A DNA stretch of 64,000 nucleotides from Thiobacillus sp. (GTDB lineage Bacteria > Pseudomonadota > Gammaproteobacteria > Burkholderiales > Thiobacillaceae), in the NCBI GenBank assembly GCA_044227225.1, contig JBGAFM010000006.1:73991-137990 (forward strand), given 5' to 3'. This document shows positions 58,109 to 64,000 of this stretch, in pieces (within the stretch, counting starts at the first letter, position 1; each line of letters opens with the position of its first letter). The notes beneath the pieces are model-generated. The model had not been told where the DNA came from. It saw only the letters and a list, made by a program, of their open reading frames with translations, and ran no database searches. The position numbers and the translations under genes are program-made.

Positions 58109-64000
<5,892 letters not shown>

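Overview
High-GC chromosomal window. Gene order and protein sequences look betaproteobacterial (Rhodocyclales/Burkholderiales-like); I cannot place the taxon more precisely without a database search. Almost all of it is conserved housekeeping synteny.

Contents, left to right:
1. 1-10.3 kb: ten co-directional, tightly overlapping minus-strand genes of a surface-polysaccharide (EPS/O-antigen type) cluster. It has three GT2 genes, a CE4 deacetylase, a Wzx-like flippase, an unknown GT-A-like protein, a Zn-ribbon methyltransferase, a PP-loop ATPase-like protein, a pyruvyl transferase and a GT4.
2. aroB-dgt, a rhodanese, comF, and a bioBFHCD operon preceded by an unknown membrane protein.
3. 19.5-35.4 kb: a contiguous respiratory block. 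It holds the aa3-type cytochrome c oxidase with its full biogenesis set, an Rrf2 regulator translationally coupled to SCO, then ccoNOQP-ccoG-fixH-ccoS.
4. rpoH-ftsXEY (minus strand), an M16 peptidase pair, rsmD, coaD and a YfhL-type ferredoxin.
5. A solitary dynamin-like GTPase downstream of mutM.
6. TPR lipoprotein-lolB-ispE-tRNA-Gln-prs-rplY-pth-ychF.
7. tRNA-Tyr/Gly/Thr-tuf-tRNA-Trp-secE-nusG-rplKAJL-rpoB-rpoC (rpoC partial).

I saw no CRISPR array, IS element, integrase, phage or toxin-antitoxin genes.

I did not find a convincing wholly novel multi-gene system. The observations most worth a second look are:
- Two sequence lesions in the adjacent ribosomal stalk genes: rplJ is split by an out-of-frame loss of about 20 conserved codons, and rplL lacks its conserved EEKFGV helix.
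- The unknown three-gene decoration module (GT-A-like, Zn-ribbon methyltransferase, PP-loop protein) inside the polysaccharide cluster.
- The lone dynamin-like GTPase apparently co-transcribed with mutM.
- The Rrf2-SCO unit with repeated CCAGTCC motifs between the two oxidase clusters.
- Unannotated small membrane peptides at the ends of both oxidase operons.

All functional calls rest on motif recognition by eye, not on searches.
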